Notes: a model not told the origin generated them from the letters alone. Positions 1-8,721 are shown, counted from the stretch's first letter. The stretch: DNA of 64,000 nt from Acidimicrobiales bacterium (GCA_050012675.1 JBEKGS010000007.1:14405-78404); one strand, 5' to 3'. Translations and numbers: made by a program.

Positions 1-119
1 TCGCGGCCGAGAGTTGGAAGGGCGACGTTGACGATGGTGGTGTCCAGGATCGCCATGAACATGGCGGCCACGTAGACGACCGCAACGGCAACCTTCTGGT
101 TGAGATCTCGTTTCGGCAT
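1..119 (-). CDS. MFS transporter (DHA2/EmrB-QacA-like), N-terminal fragment running off the window edge
   Basis: Reverse translation from ATG at 119-117 reads MPKRDLNQKVAVAVVYVAAMFMAILDTTIVNVALPTLGR, a typical first TM helix of 14-TMS drug:H+ antiporters. It is divergent from a MarR gene. Confidence 0.6.
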   Translation of the reverse strand, partial: MPKRDLNQKVAVAVVYVAAMFMAILDTTIVNVALPTLGR

Positions 120-149
120 GCCGTTATGCTACACAGAGTCACTGAGTTA

Positions 150-162
150 GTCAACCATTGAC
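150..162. promoter_or_regulatory. Candidate MarR operator, inverted repeat GTCAA-N3-TTGAC
   Basis: GTCAACCATTGAC was read directly in the 73-nt divergent MFS/MarR intergenic region. Confidence 0.25.
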
Positions 163-192
163 CTAGTCGGCGAGTGGCGGTACTATCAAGTC

Positions 193-612
193 ATGGCTGA
201 GAGCCCGCGACGTGAGGCCTGGCGTCGCATGCGCGCCGTGGCGCACTCGCCGGCGCATCTGGCCAGGCTCCACAAGCTCTACGGCGAGGCCGGGCTCACG
301 CCTGGCGTGGGCAAGGCGCTCGTGCAGCTCCCGTCGGACCGTCCGGTCCCCATGCGCGAGCTCGCCTCGGCGCTCCACTGTGACAATTCCTATATCACCT
401 CGGTAGTCGACGTTCTCGAGGAAAAGGGCCTCGTGGAAAGGCGCGCCCATCCGAGCGACCGGCGCATCAAGGTCATCTCCTTGACCGAGGAAGGAGCCCT
501 TTTGGCCAAGCGCGCCAAGGCGGAGCTCGCAGAGCCTCCCCCCGTCTTCGACTCTCTCACCGACGCCGAGGCGGCGCAGCTGCGCGACCTCATGCGAAAG
601 TTCGGCGACTGA
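193..612 (+). CDS. MarR family transcriptional regulator
   Basis: 139 aa with a winged-helix core (PMRELASALHCDNSYITSVVDVLEEKGLVERRAHPSDRRIKVISLTEEG) typical of MarR. Confidence 0.9.
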   Translation: MAESPRREAWRRMRAVAHSPAHLARLHKLYGEAGLTPGVGKALVQLPSDRPVPMRELASALHCDNSYITSVVDVLEEKGLVERRAHPSDRRIKVISLTEEGALLAKRAKAELAEPPPVFDSLTDAEAAQLRDLMRKFGD

Positions 613-681
613 GCAGTTCGCCCGACCGGCGCCCACACGACTGCGCGGCTATCCAGTCCCGGCGACCTTGACGACTTTTCG

Positions 682-697
682 TCCACTCGTGAGTGGA
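682..697. promoter_or_regulatory. 7+2+7 inverted repeat TCCACTC-GT-GAGTGGA upstream of the DinB-family gene
   Basis: Read directly. A 2-nt spacer is too short for an RNA hairpin loop, so a dimeric protein-binding site is more likely. Confidence 0.25.
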
Positions 698-1349
698 ACA
701 GCTGGCGCTGAATGCCAAGATGGGCCACCCTGATGTCATGGCAGAAGACTCCAGTCCACCCGGCGACCGGACAGACGACGCGCCGGGCGAGTCGGGTATC
801 ACCCGCAGCTTCGGATGGTCGAACATGTTCGTACGTCCACAGGACGATCCTCGGACCGAGGGTGGCTTCGGCGACGAACGGTCGACGCTCCTCGGCTACC
901 TGCACGACTACCGCCTGACCATCGAGTTGAAGTGCTCGGGCCTCGACGCCGTGGACATGGCACGCCGGTCGGTCGAGCCTTCGAACTTGTCACTGCTCGG
1001 TCTGGTCCGCCATCTCGCAGACGTTGAGCGTCACTGGTTCCGCCGTGTCCTCGACGGCCAGGATGTCCCGTCTCTGTACAGGCGCGACGACGATCGGGAC
1101 GCCGCGTTCGACGGGGCCGTAGGCGATCCGGAGGCCGTCGCGTCCGCCTGGGCCGCTTGGCGGGAGGAGGTGCGCTTCGCCGAGCGCTTCGCCGAGAAGG
1201 CGCCGAACCTCGAGGTGGCCGGAAGCTACGACAAGGGCCGGGTGATCAGCCTGCGTGAGGTGCTCGTGCACATGATCGAGGAGTACGCCCGTCATGCCGG
1301 CCACGCAGACTTCTTACGGGAACGTATCGACGGACGAGTGGGGCAATAG
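693..1349 (+). CDS. DinB family / DUF664 (mycothiol-transferase-like) protein; start uncertain (GTG 693, ATG 738 or ATG 825)
   Basis: C-terminal EEYARHAGHADFLRERIDG and the central LVRHLADVERHWF are characteristic of the DinB/DUF664 four-helix-bundle family. Confidence 0.75.
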   Translation: MEQLALNAKMGHPDVMAEDSSPPGDRTDDAPGESGITRSFGWSNMFVRPQDDPRTEGGFGDERSTLLGYLHDYRLTIELKCSGLDAVDMARRSVEPSNLSLLGLVRHLADVERHWFRRVLDGQDVPSLYRRDDDRDAAFDGAVGDPEAVASAWAAWREEVRFAERFAEKAPNLEVAGSYDKGRVISLREVLVHMIEEYARHAGHADFLRERIDGRVGQ

Positions 1350-1491
1350 CCACCCGGCGGGACGTTTTGCGCCGATCCAGCCTGGCCCGGCGGGGGATCG
1401 CAGCGAAGGCGAGCTCTGCGGGCGACGCCCCCGCGGGACCACACCGCAGAACCCCTCTGGTCGGTCGACGGCAACGCCCCCGGTAGGGTCA

Positions 1492-1509
1492 TGAATGAAC
1501 ACTCATTCA
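1492..1509. promoter_or_regulatory. Candidate TetR operator, inverted repeat TGAATGA-N4-TCATTCA
   Basis: TGAATGAACACTCATTCA lies 19 nt upstream of the SDR start codon, in an AT-richer patch ahead of the SDR-TetR operon. Confidence 0.35.
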
Positions 1510-1527
1510 GTCTTAGGTGAATAAATC

Positions 1528-2448
1528 GTGACCTGGAGCGCCGCAGATATTCCTGATCAGAGCGGCCGTACGGCGGTCGTGACCGGCGCCAACGGCGGCC
1601 TGGGCCTGGAGACGGCGAGGGAGTTGGCGCGCAAGGGCGCCCATGTTGTGATGGCCGTGCGCAACCAGCAGAAGGCGAAGGACGCTGTCAGCGACATCTG
1701 CGCGAGTGTCCCCGAGGCGTCGCTTGAGCTTGTCGCGCTCGACCTCGGCTCGCAGGCTTCGGTCCGCGAGGCGGCCGGGCTGATCCTACGCGAGCACGCG
1801 CACGTCGATCTGCTGGTCAACAATGCCGGGGTGATGGGCATACCCGAGCGCAAGACCGTTGACGGCTACGAGATGCAGTTCGGCGTGGACCACCTCGGCC
1901 ACTGGACGCTCACGGCGCTGCTGCTGCCCGCGCTGCTGGCCAGCCCCGGTGCACGCATCGTCACGGTGACGAGCACAGCCCACCACATCGGCCGCGCCGT
2001 AGATCCCGCGAACCCGCACCTCGAGGGTCGGTACCGGCCGTGGCTCGCCTACGGCCAGGCGAAGCTTGCGAACTTCCACTTCGGCCTCGGGCTGCAGCGG
2101 GCGCTCACCCGGGCCGGCGCAAGCACTGCGAGCCTCATCGCCCACCCCGGGCTCTCCAACACCGACCTTCAGGCCGTCAGCGTCCGCGAATCGGGCGGAG
2201 CGAGCCAGCGTTTCTTCCACCTGCTCGCCTTGCGGACCGGCATGTCGCCTGCGCAGGGCGCGCTGTCGCAGTTGCGTGCAGCCACTGACCCACAGGCGAA
2301 GGGCGGGGAGCTCTACGGCCCGCTGTTCGTCAACAACGGCCCGCCGGTGCGCAAGCCGATCTTCCGGCGCTTGGGGATGAGCGACGCGATCGCCAGGCTC
2401 TGGGAGGTCTCCGAGCGCGAGACGGGCGTGACGACCGAGTTGCGGTGA
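1528..2448 (+). CDS. SDR family oxidoreductase (retinol-dehydrogenase-like)
   Basis: GTG start. N-terminal TGANGGLGLETARELARKGAHVVMAVRN Rossmann motif, NNAG motif, 306 aa. Confidence 0.9.
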   Translation: MTWSAADIPDQSGRTAVVTGANGGLGLETARELARKGAHVVMAVRNQQKAKDAVSDICASVPEASLELVALDLGSQASVREAAGLILREHAHVDLLVNNAGVMGIPERKTVDGYEMQFGVDHLGHWTLTALLLPALLASPGARIVTVTSTAHHIGRAVDPANPHLEGRYRPWLAYGQAKLANFHFGLGLQRALTRAGASTASLIAHPGLSNTDLQAVSVRESGGASQRFFHLLALRTGMSPAQGALSQLRAATDPQAKGGELYGPLFVNNGPPVRKPIFRRLGMSDAIARLWEVSERETGVTTELR

Positions 2449-2999
2449 CGATGCAGATCGACCGCGCCGCCGCGGTGCGCACGGCGTTGCGCGCGCTCGT
2501 GGCCGAGCGGGGCTTCCACGGGGCGTCGATGAGCGCCGTCGCCCGTATGGCCGGGGTGGCGACGGGAACTGCGTATACGCATTACGAGTCCAAGGACGCG
2601 CTCGTCCTCGCGGCGTATGCCGAGACGAAGGCACAGCTTGCCGCCGCCGCCACAGAGGCGCTCGACGAGCACGCCCCGCTCGCCGAGCGCTTCCGCGTGA
2701 TCTGGTTGGCGACTTACCGCCATCTCGCTGCCAACCCCGAAGTAGCCCGCTTCCTGCTTCAGGTCGACCACTCCCCCTATGGCGCTCGGGCGCACGACAC
2801 CGTGGCACGAGACGACCCGCTCGTCGCGCAAGCATCGAGGGCCGACGTCGCCGCCGAGCTGTTGGAGCTGCCGCTCGAGGTCCTCTACGAGCTCGGGATT
2901 GCACCAGCCTTGCGGCTGGCCTCGGTGGCAACGGAGCTCAGCGACGCAGAGCTCCAGGTCGTCGCGGCCGCGTGCTGGCGGGCGGTCAGCAAACCGTGA
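2445..2999 (+). CDS. TetR/AcrR family transcriptional regulator
   Basis: HTH GFHGASMSAVARMAGVATGTAYTHYESKDALV. The start overlaps the SDR stop by 4 nt (GTGA). Confidence 0.9.
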   Translation: MTMQIDRAAAVRTALRALVAERGFHGASMSAVARMAGVATGTAYTHYESKDALVLAAYAETKAQLAAAATEALDEHAPLAERFRVIWLATYRHLAANPEVARFLLQVDHSPYGARAHDTVARDDPLVAQASRADVAAELLELPLEVLYELGIAPALRLASVATELSDAELQVVAAACWRAVSKP

Positions 3000-3254
3000 G
3001 GTGAGCCGCTCGTGCACGCCCGCGAGTGAAAGGCGCTCATCCCCCTCCGACGACGGCCCGGTGGCCGCCACCGAACCTCGCATGCTGGCGGCCAGGTTGA
3101 CCGACCGAACATGTCGACCCCCACGATGAGTCCTCGCCCGTCGTCCGGTCACAAGGGCATGTGGGTGGCCGGGTCGCCAAGTCCTACGAACGTGACCACT
3201 CGCCGTGTCCGGCCTCTCGCGGCTCGGTCCGTGAGCGGGAGACCGGAGGCTTGG

Positions 3255-4223
3255 CTACCAGGCGCCGCTCAGTACCGTCTCGGGGTTCAGCGGAGCGACT
3301 TCGACGACATCGCGCACGAACTCGTTGGCCGCATTCTCCAAGCAGGCGAGCATCGCGAGCACGGGCACCTGATCGGCGACGGCGCGCCTGGTCACCGCCC
3401 ACACCTGACGCGCAGGTTGCGCCCCCTTGATCCTGCGGACAGCGACATCGGGATGCAGGGCCGAGCCGAGCGCGAGCATCGGCACAAAGGCCACGCCGAG
3501 GCCGGCCGCGACAAAGCCCTGAGCAGTCGGGTATTCGTCCGCGTCGATGGCGTACGCGGGTCGGAACCCTGCCCGCATGCAGGCGGCCTCGATGACGAGC
3601 TGACAGTGCCCGGGACACGAGCTGACCCCGATCCATCGCTCCGACGCGAGCAGGGCCAGGTCCACGGATCGCCTGGCCGCCAGCGGGTGTGAGCGGGGCA
3701 GCACGACACGGAAGGGGTCCGCCAACAGGTGCCGGTGCACGAGGTCGTCGCGGGGGGCGTCACCGGGAGATCGCGCTTCTACCGCCACGAGCACCTCGAT
3801 CGAGCCGCTCCGCAAAGTGGCGATGGCCTCGTCGCTCTCTACCACGACAAGGTCGAGGGCGACGTTCGGATGTAGCGCCTGAAAGGCCGCGAGCGCGCCA
3901 GGAACGAGCGAGGAACCAGCCGTCGGGAACGCGCCGACTCGAATCCGGCCGCTATGACCAGAGGCCAGCGCCAACACGGCGTCCTCGGCATCCTGTATCG
4001 AAGCCAGCACGCGGGTCGCGTGCTGGCAGAGCAGCAGTGCTGCGTCTGTCGGTCGTACCCCCCGGCCAGCCCGCTCGAAGAGCCGGACACCGGTTTCGCG
4101 TTCGAGCGCACTCATCTGCTGGCTCACCGCGGAGGGTGAGTAGCTCAAGAGCGCCGCGGCGGCCGACACCGAACCTGTTTCCACGACAGCCTGAAGGGCC
4201 CTCAAACGGCGAACATCGATCAC
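3255..4223 (-). CDS. LysR family transcriptional regulator
   Basis: GTG start. N-terminal HTH MIDVRRLRALQAVVETGSVSAAAALLSYSPSAVSQQMSALERETGVRLFER plus a substrate-binding domain, 322 aa. Confidence 0.9.
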   Translation of the reverse strand: MIDVRRLRALQAVVETGSVSAAAALLSYSPSAVSQQMSALERETGVRLFERAGRGVRPTDAALLLCQHATRVLASIQDAEDAVLALASGHSGRIRVGAFPTAGSSLVPGALAAFQALHPNVALDLVVVESDEAIATLRSGSIEVLVAVEARSPGDAPRDDLVHRHLLADPFRVVLPRSHPLAARRSVDLALLASERWIGVSSCPGHCQLVIEAACMRAGFRPAYAIDADEYPTAQGFVAAGLGVAFVPMLALGSALHPDVAVRRIKGAQPARQVWAVTRRAVADQVPVLAMLACLENAANEFVRDVVEVAPLNPETVLSGAW

Positions 4224-4230
4224 AAGTTAA

Positions 4231-4245
4231 TTAAGTCATACTTAA
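4231..4245. promoter_or_regulatory. Candidate LysR box, TTAAGT-N3-ACTTAA (T-N11-A type) in an AT-rich island
   Basis: TTAAGTCATACTTAA read directly, overlapping a TTAATTAA palindrome at 4227-4234, only a few nt upstream of the LysR start. Confidence 0.3.
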
Positions 4246-4335
4246 GTGTTATTCGCAATTCGTTGCTTGTTCTTCACGATAAGTAGCCGACAATGGAGGC
4301 ATGGAGTCGTTACGAGTGTCAGCGGAGCTGAGGGC

Positions 4336-4545
4336 ATGATCTGGCTAGTGGTGGTTCTCGTCGTCGTCGGCCTGCCCTTGGCGGCCCTGTTGTTCGGCGC
4401 GGAGAGCAGAGATGGACGTGACTGGCAACCGTTGCGCGGCTTGCCCAACTCATCTCTCGACACAGACTGGCCGTCCCCCCAGACGGCCGGTGGCAGCGGC
4501 ACCGGCAACCTCGTGCCTCGCCAGTTGCCAGTCGGCCGAAGCTGA
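4336..4545 (+). CDS. Hypothetical small membrane protein (about 69 aa)
   Basis: ATG at 4336 gives MIWLVVVLVVVGLPLAALLFGAESRDGRDW..., one clear TM helix followed by a polar tail. It is the only gene divergent from the LysR regulator. Coding status is not proven. Confidence 0.35.
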   Translation: MIWLVVVLVVVGLPLAALLFGAESRDGRDWQPLRGLPNSSLDTDWPSPQTAGGSGTGNLVPRQLPVGRS

Positions 4546-4658
4546 CAGCGCGCGAGCCCCGACCCGCTCCAAGCCACAAGACCACGCGTCTCGTGCGATG
4601 GGCACGGAGAAATCGAGTGCCGTGGCGTGAGCGGTTGAGCGCCCTTCCTCGGATCGCT

Positions 4659-6254
4659 CTACCGGCTTTGCACGACGACGGCCTCCCAGCCGGCGAGGTG
4701 CAGGACTCCTCCGACAGGGTCTTCCGGCGTGCGCCCACCAAGGCTGGAGGCGAGCAGGAGACCCGGCTGTCTCACAAGCTCGCCCGGCTCCTCGGAGAAG
4801 TTCGCCGCCACGACCACATCGCCGATCCGGTAAGCCCATTGGTGCTCCGTCGAGCTCAACTGCTGGTACGTACCGTCGTGGCCCTTTAGGTGCCGTCGGC
4901 GGATCTCCACGAGGCGGCGGCAGAGCGACAGGAGTGATCTCGGGTCTTCCTGCTGGTCGGCCACGTTGCGGGTGCGCGCGTCGCCGAGGGGAAGCCAAGC
5001 GGTGGTGCCGGCGGTGGTAAAACCGCCTGTCGGGCTCGGCTCCCACTGCATGGGCGTCCGGGCGCCGTCCCGGCTCGGGTGACCGCCCCGGCCGCCGAGG
5101 AACATGTCGTCACGCTGGAGCTCGACAGGTACTTCGACGTCAGTCATGCCTATCTCGTCGCCGTAGTAGATGACGATCGTCCCGGGCAGAGTCAAAAGGA
5201 CCGTCAGCGCAAGCGCCGCCTTGGCGTCGTTGTCCGAACACCAGCGGGTGGTGAAGCGCGACTTGTCGTGATTGGAGATCGTCCAGACCGGAACGGCCCC
5301 GGCGGGCAGTTGACCGAGGGTCTCGCGCACAACCTTCGAGAGCTCCGGGGCGGTGAAGCCTGCAACCATGAACGGGAAGTTGAAGCCCAGTTGGAGCTCG
5401 TCGTCCTGCCCGTAAAAGCGGGCGAGCCTCTCGGCGTCCGGGGTGACGGTCTCCCCTAACAAGAGCTTGGGCGGCTCGTACTCCTCGGCGATCTTGCGCC
5501 AGCTCCGGAACACCTCGTGGGTCTCGGGGCGATTGGCGCTGTAGCGCTGTTCCTGGCCGCTGATGCCACCGACGAGCTGACCCGGGGGCAACGAGGGGTT
5601 GTCGCGCAGGGCGGCATCTTTGTAGAGGCCGTGGGCCACGTCGATGCGAAACCCCGCTACACCCCGGTCGAACCAGAAACGGATGATCTCCTCAAAGGCG
5701 TCGTGCACCGCGGGGTCCCACCAGTTGAGGTCGGGCTGGGAAGGAAGGAAGTTGTGCAGGTAAAACTGCCCGGTGACAGCGTCGAGGGTCCAAGCGCTGT
5801 CGCCGCTCGCGTCACGCCAGTTGTTCGGGGGCTCACCGTTGGGACCGGGCTCGGCCCAGACGTACCAGTTGCGGTGGGGGGCGTCCCGGGAGCTGCGGGC
5901 CTCGACGAACCACGGGTGCTCGTCGCTTGTGTGGTTAGGTACGAGATCGAGCAGGACCCGCATATCGCGGCGGCCCGCCTCGGCGACCAGGCGGTCGAGG
6001 TCCGCCAGGGTCCCGAGCTCGGGATGGACGCTCATGTAATCGGAAACGTCGTAGCCCCAGTCGTGGTCCGGCGAGGCCATCGTGGGCGACAACCAGACGC
6101 CGTCGACCCCGAGCCAGGAGAGGTAGTCGAGCTTGTCGATCACTCCCGGGAGGTCGCCGAACCCATCGCCGTCGGAGTCCTGCCAGGAGCGCACGTAGAG
6201 CTGGTACAAGACAGCACCCGCCCACCAGCGCTCGTCCCTGGTTACGTGCTTCAT
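4659..6254 (-). CDS. GH13 alpha-glucosidase / oligo-1,6-glucosidase family
   Basis: 531 aa with GH13 conserved regions DLVPNHTSDEHPWF, GFRIDVAH and the N-terminal YQLYVRSWQDSDGDGFGDL. Confidence 0.9.
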   Translation of the reverse strand: MKHVTRDERWWAGAVLYQLYVRSWQDSDGDGFGDLPGVIDKLDYLSWLGVDGVWLSPTMASPDHDWGYDVSDYMSVHPELGTLADLDRLVAEAGRRDMRVLLDLVPNHTSDEHPWFVEARSSRDAPHRNWYVWAEPGPNGEPPNNWRDASGDSAWTLDAVTGQFYLHNFLPSQPDLNWWDPAVHDAFEEIIRFWFDRGVAGFRIDVAHGLYKDAALRDNPSLPPGQLVGGISGQEQRYSANRPETHEVFRSWRKIAEEYEPPKLLLGETVTPDAERLARFYGQDDELQLGFNFPFMVAGFTAPELSKVVRETLGQLPAGAVPVWTISNHDKSRFTTRWCSDNDAKAALALTVLLTLPGTIVIYYGDEIGMTDVEVPVELQRDDMFLGGRGGHPSRDGARTPMQWEPSPTGGFTTAGTTAWLPLGDARTRNVADQQEDPRSLLSLCRRLVEIRRRHLKGHDGTYQQLSSTEHQWAYRIGDVVVAANFSEEPGELVRQPGLLLASSLGGRTPEDPVGGVLHLAGWEAVVVQSR

Positions 6255-6356
6255 GAGCCCGCGTCCTCCCGTGTGGGTGCCCGGTTCTGCGACAACTCGT
6301 CCTCCATGCTCGCCGGCTCCGCCACGGAGCGTGCCGGAACGCCGAACCTCGAATGT

Positions 6357-6947
6357 CTAGCCGAGAAAGTCCGTGCCGCTGCGCGGCCAAGTCCGCGAGC
6401 GGCCGTTGGGACCGGGAACCGCACTCAAACGGCCCGTGGTGACCTCCACAAATCGATGGGCCTGGCGACGCCCGAAGTGTCGAAGGGCAGCTCGACGCGC
6501 CGGCCGGATCCCGCCGATTGGTAGCCGGGCGACCAGGGCTGCGTTCGCGCCTGTTCCGAGGCAGACGCACAGGAGCCGACCTCCGCAGCCTGTCGCCGCC
6601 GCCTCTGCCAAAGCGGCGGCGGCCACGTCCGGTACCACCGCCATCGGACGACCCGACATCAGCGGTCCCAGCGTGCCGACAAAGTCCATCCCGACGAAGC
6701 CCGGCAGATAGATACCTGGAAGCACACGGCCCGCCCCATCCAGAAAACCTGGGAAGGCGACGCCCAGCGCGCCGTCGTTGGGAGAGGGCTCGAGCGAGTT
6801 GAGAGCGTCCCTGAGGACATCTGCTGTCTTTGCGGGCGCGGTCCCCGGTATCAGGTCGAGGCGCGCACGGCACAGGATCTCGCCGTCCTGGACGCGCGCA
6901 ACGCGGATCCCGCTCCCTCCGATGTCCAGAGCCACAACCGCTGCCAT
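6357..6947 (-). CDS. ROK family sugar-kinase-like protein, truncated (possible pseudogene)
   Basis: The N-terminal ALDIGGSGIRVA and LGTGANAALV match the ROK ATPase fold. The ORF is only 196 aa, and its last roughly 50 aa are Arg-rich with no ROK zinc or glucose motifs. Only about 100 nt remain before the next gene. Confidence 0.5.
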   Translation of the reverse strand: MAAVVALDIGGSGIRVARVQDGEILCRARLDLIPGTAPAKTADVLRDALNSLEPSPNDGALGVAFPGFLDGAGRVLPGIYLPGFVGMDFVGTLGPLMSGRPMAVVPDVAAAALAEAAATGCGGRLLCVCLGTGANAALVARLPIGGIRPARRAALRHFGRRQAHRFVEVTTGRLSAVPGPNGRSRTWPRSGTDFLG

Positions 6948-7030
6948 CAGAGATCTCTCATCTCACTGCCGGCCGGGGACAGGTCACGGCGCCGGTTGCC
7001 GATCGGGTCCCACGAGATCTGTGGGGTCAC

Positions 7031-8215
7031 CTAGATCGCCGCTTCCACGACTTGGACGTCCGCGAGCGTTCCCCTGAGGGCGGCGAGTGCCGCTCCGATA
7101 ACGACGCGGTCGTCGCCCAGTGACGAAAACTGCATCTCCGGCATGCTCGGTACGAGGCGGCTGACATCCCCGACGACACGATCGAGCGTCTCTTGACCGC
7201 CGGACTCGATCCATCCGGAAAGCAGCACGACCTCGGGATCCAAGAGCGCGATCGAACAGGCGAGCGCGGCGGCAATCGTCCGCACCAGCTCGTCCGCGAT
7301 GTCCTCGGACAGCCGAAAGCCGCCACGGGAACGCACGATCTGGTGAATCAGGCGAGCCGTCTGTTCCGCGCATAGTGACGTGTCGATCCCATCGCGGCGG
7401 GCGTCCTCGGCCACCAACTCGAAGAGCTTGTCTTCGAGCGTGCCGACGCCGTGAAGATCGCCCCGTGACCTGGAGACGTCCGTCACCATGTAGCCCAGCT
7501 CGCCGGCCGCTCCGCGTCCGCGGTAGATCCTTCCGTCCAACAAAACCGCGCCCCCGACACCTTCGGCGAAGGTCACGAGGATGGCGTCGCGGGCTTTGGT
7601 CGCCGCGCCACGATCGACCTCGGCCGCCAGCGCGAACGCCACGTCATTGTCCACGTAGATAGGCATGTGCAGCTGGTTCTTGAGCAGCTCACCGAACTCG
7701 GTGTCCGCCCAGTCGAGAAGTGGAGCGATCTGCACGTGCCCCGTCGCCGGATTGACGACTCCGGGCACTCCGACGCCGACGCCGACGACCCGGATCGGCA
7801 CCGAACGCGACGTCGCCTCGCCGACATAGTCGGCCAGAAGACTGGCGACCCGCTCGGTGCTCGGAGCTTGGCCAGGGACAGCCAGCATCCGGCAGTCGAC
7901 GAGCTCGCCGGAAAGGCGCATGAGACCCACCCGGAAGCCCTCCGCCGAGGCGAGGTCGCAGCCGAGAACGAGCACGTCGTCGGCGAATCGCACCAGACGC
8001 CCTGGCCGACCGAGATCTGAGGAGGCCGTGCCCTCTTCGCAGACCAGCCCCTCCTCGATCAGATCCGAGACGATCGCTGACACAGAAGCCGGGCTGATCG
8101 AGGTGAACCGGACCAGGTCAGCTCGCGACGCCGCCCCGTGCTCACGTATGGCGCTGATGACGATGCTGCGATTGAGGCCCCGCATCAGCTCCGGCGTGCC
8201 CCTCCGTCGCGGCAT
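7031..8215 (-). CDS. ROK family transcriptional regulator (NagC/XylR type)
   Basis: 394 aa. N-terminal winged-helix domain (LNRSIVISAIREHGAASRADLVRFTSISPASVSAIVSDLIEEGLV) followed by a ROK domain (GVGVGVPGVV, NDVAFALAAE). Confidence 0.9.
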   Translation of the reverse strand: MPRRRGTPELMRGLNRSIVISAIREHGAASRADLVRFTSISPASVSAIVSDLIEEGLVCEEGTASSDLGRPGRLVRFADDVLVLGCDLASAEGFRVGLMRLSGELVDCRMLAVPGQAPSTERVASLLADYVGEATSRSVPIRVVGVGVGVPGVVNPATGHVQIAPLLDWADTEFGELLKNQLHMPIYVDNDVAFALAAEVDRGAATKARDAILVTFAEGVGGAVLLDGRIYRGRGAAGELGYMVTDVSRSRGDLHGVGTLEDKLFELVAEDARRDGIDTSLCAEQTARLIHQIVRSRGGFRLSEDIADELVRTIAAALACSIALLDPEVVLLSGWIESGGQETLDRVVGDVSRLVPSMPEMQFSSLGDDRVVIGAALAALRGTLADVQVVEAAI

Positions 8216-8343
8216 TCCTTTACTATACGAAATAAATTAGGGTGGTTCGTTCAGACCCGGCCTGTCCGGCGAGCCGCAGGTGAAATTCGCCTGCATGCCG
8301 TCGCGATATCATCCCGACCAGGTTCGATGACGCGAGGGAGGCC

Positions 8344-8679
8344 ATGGGCAATCTGGACCGGTCCGGGATCTCCATGGCCATCAGGCTCCTCGCGAAAGCG
8401 GAGAGCACCGACTCCGAGGACGAAGCGATTGCTTTGGCGCTGCGGTCCTACTCCCTCCTGGCCCAAGCCATAAACACCTACGATCTCACCGACGGAGGCG
8501 TGCCGAAAGGTGCCCGGCGACGCGAGCGTCGACTACTCGTCGACAGGAGGTCGGCGGTGCGGGTCTCGGCCGAGGAGACAGCTGAAGCCGGGGATAGCGC
8601 CGAGACGGCCGCAGCTCACTACGCCCGACTCGCCAACAGAGCCGTCCCGGCCCAAGGCGCGATCGATCTTTCCCTCTGA
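8344..8679 (+). CDS. Hypothetical protein with a DUF2786-like N-terminal motif; start uncertain
   Basis: AIRLLAKAESTDSEDEAIALALRSYSLLA resembles the DUF2786 signature (LLAKAEST..EEA). The rest is low complexity. Confidence 0.5.
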   Translation: MGNLDRSGISMAIRLLAKAESTDSEDEAIALALRSYSLLAQAINTYDLTDGGVPKGARRRERRLLVDRRSAVRVSAEETAEAGDSAETAAAHYARLANRAVPAQGAIDLSL

Positions 8680-8721
8680 GCGAACGTTCGGGTGCGAACC
8701 ACAACTAGGACCGGTAGGTGA

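Noticed and set aside
1786-2931. 381-aa minus-strand ORF, and similar long ORFs such as 5517-6524 (+), 18289-19902 (+), 40276-41265 (+), 45865-47295 (+), 53493-54662 (-) and 15996-17015 (-)
   Set aside because: All lie antisense to, or out of frame with, genes that have clear family motifs. Their translations are Arg/Pro/Gly/Ala-rich low-complexity strings, typical of stop-codon-poor alternative frames in high-GC DNA.
6948-7023. Long-range inverted repeat CAGAGATCTC ... GAGATCTGTG between the ROK regulator and the ROK-like gene
   Set aside because: Much of the match is the self-complementary AGATCT core occurring twice. With a 56-nt loop and one mismatch, the evidence for a functional structure is too weak.
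8216-8343. GGTTCGATGAC resembling a tRNA T-loop in the ROK-regulator/DUF2786 intergenic region
   Set aside because: No complementary T-stem, acceptor stem or anticodon arm can be drawn around it. I found no tRNA, rRNA, tmRNA or RNase P-like sequence anywhere in the window by eye.
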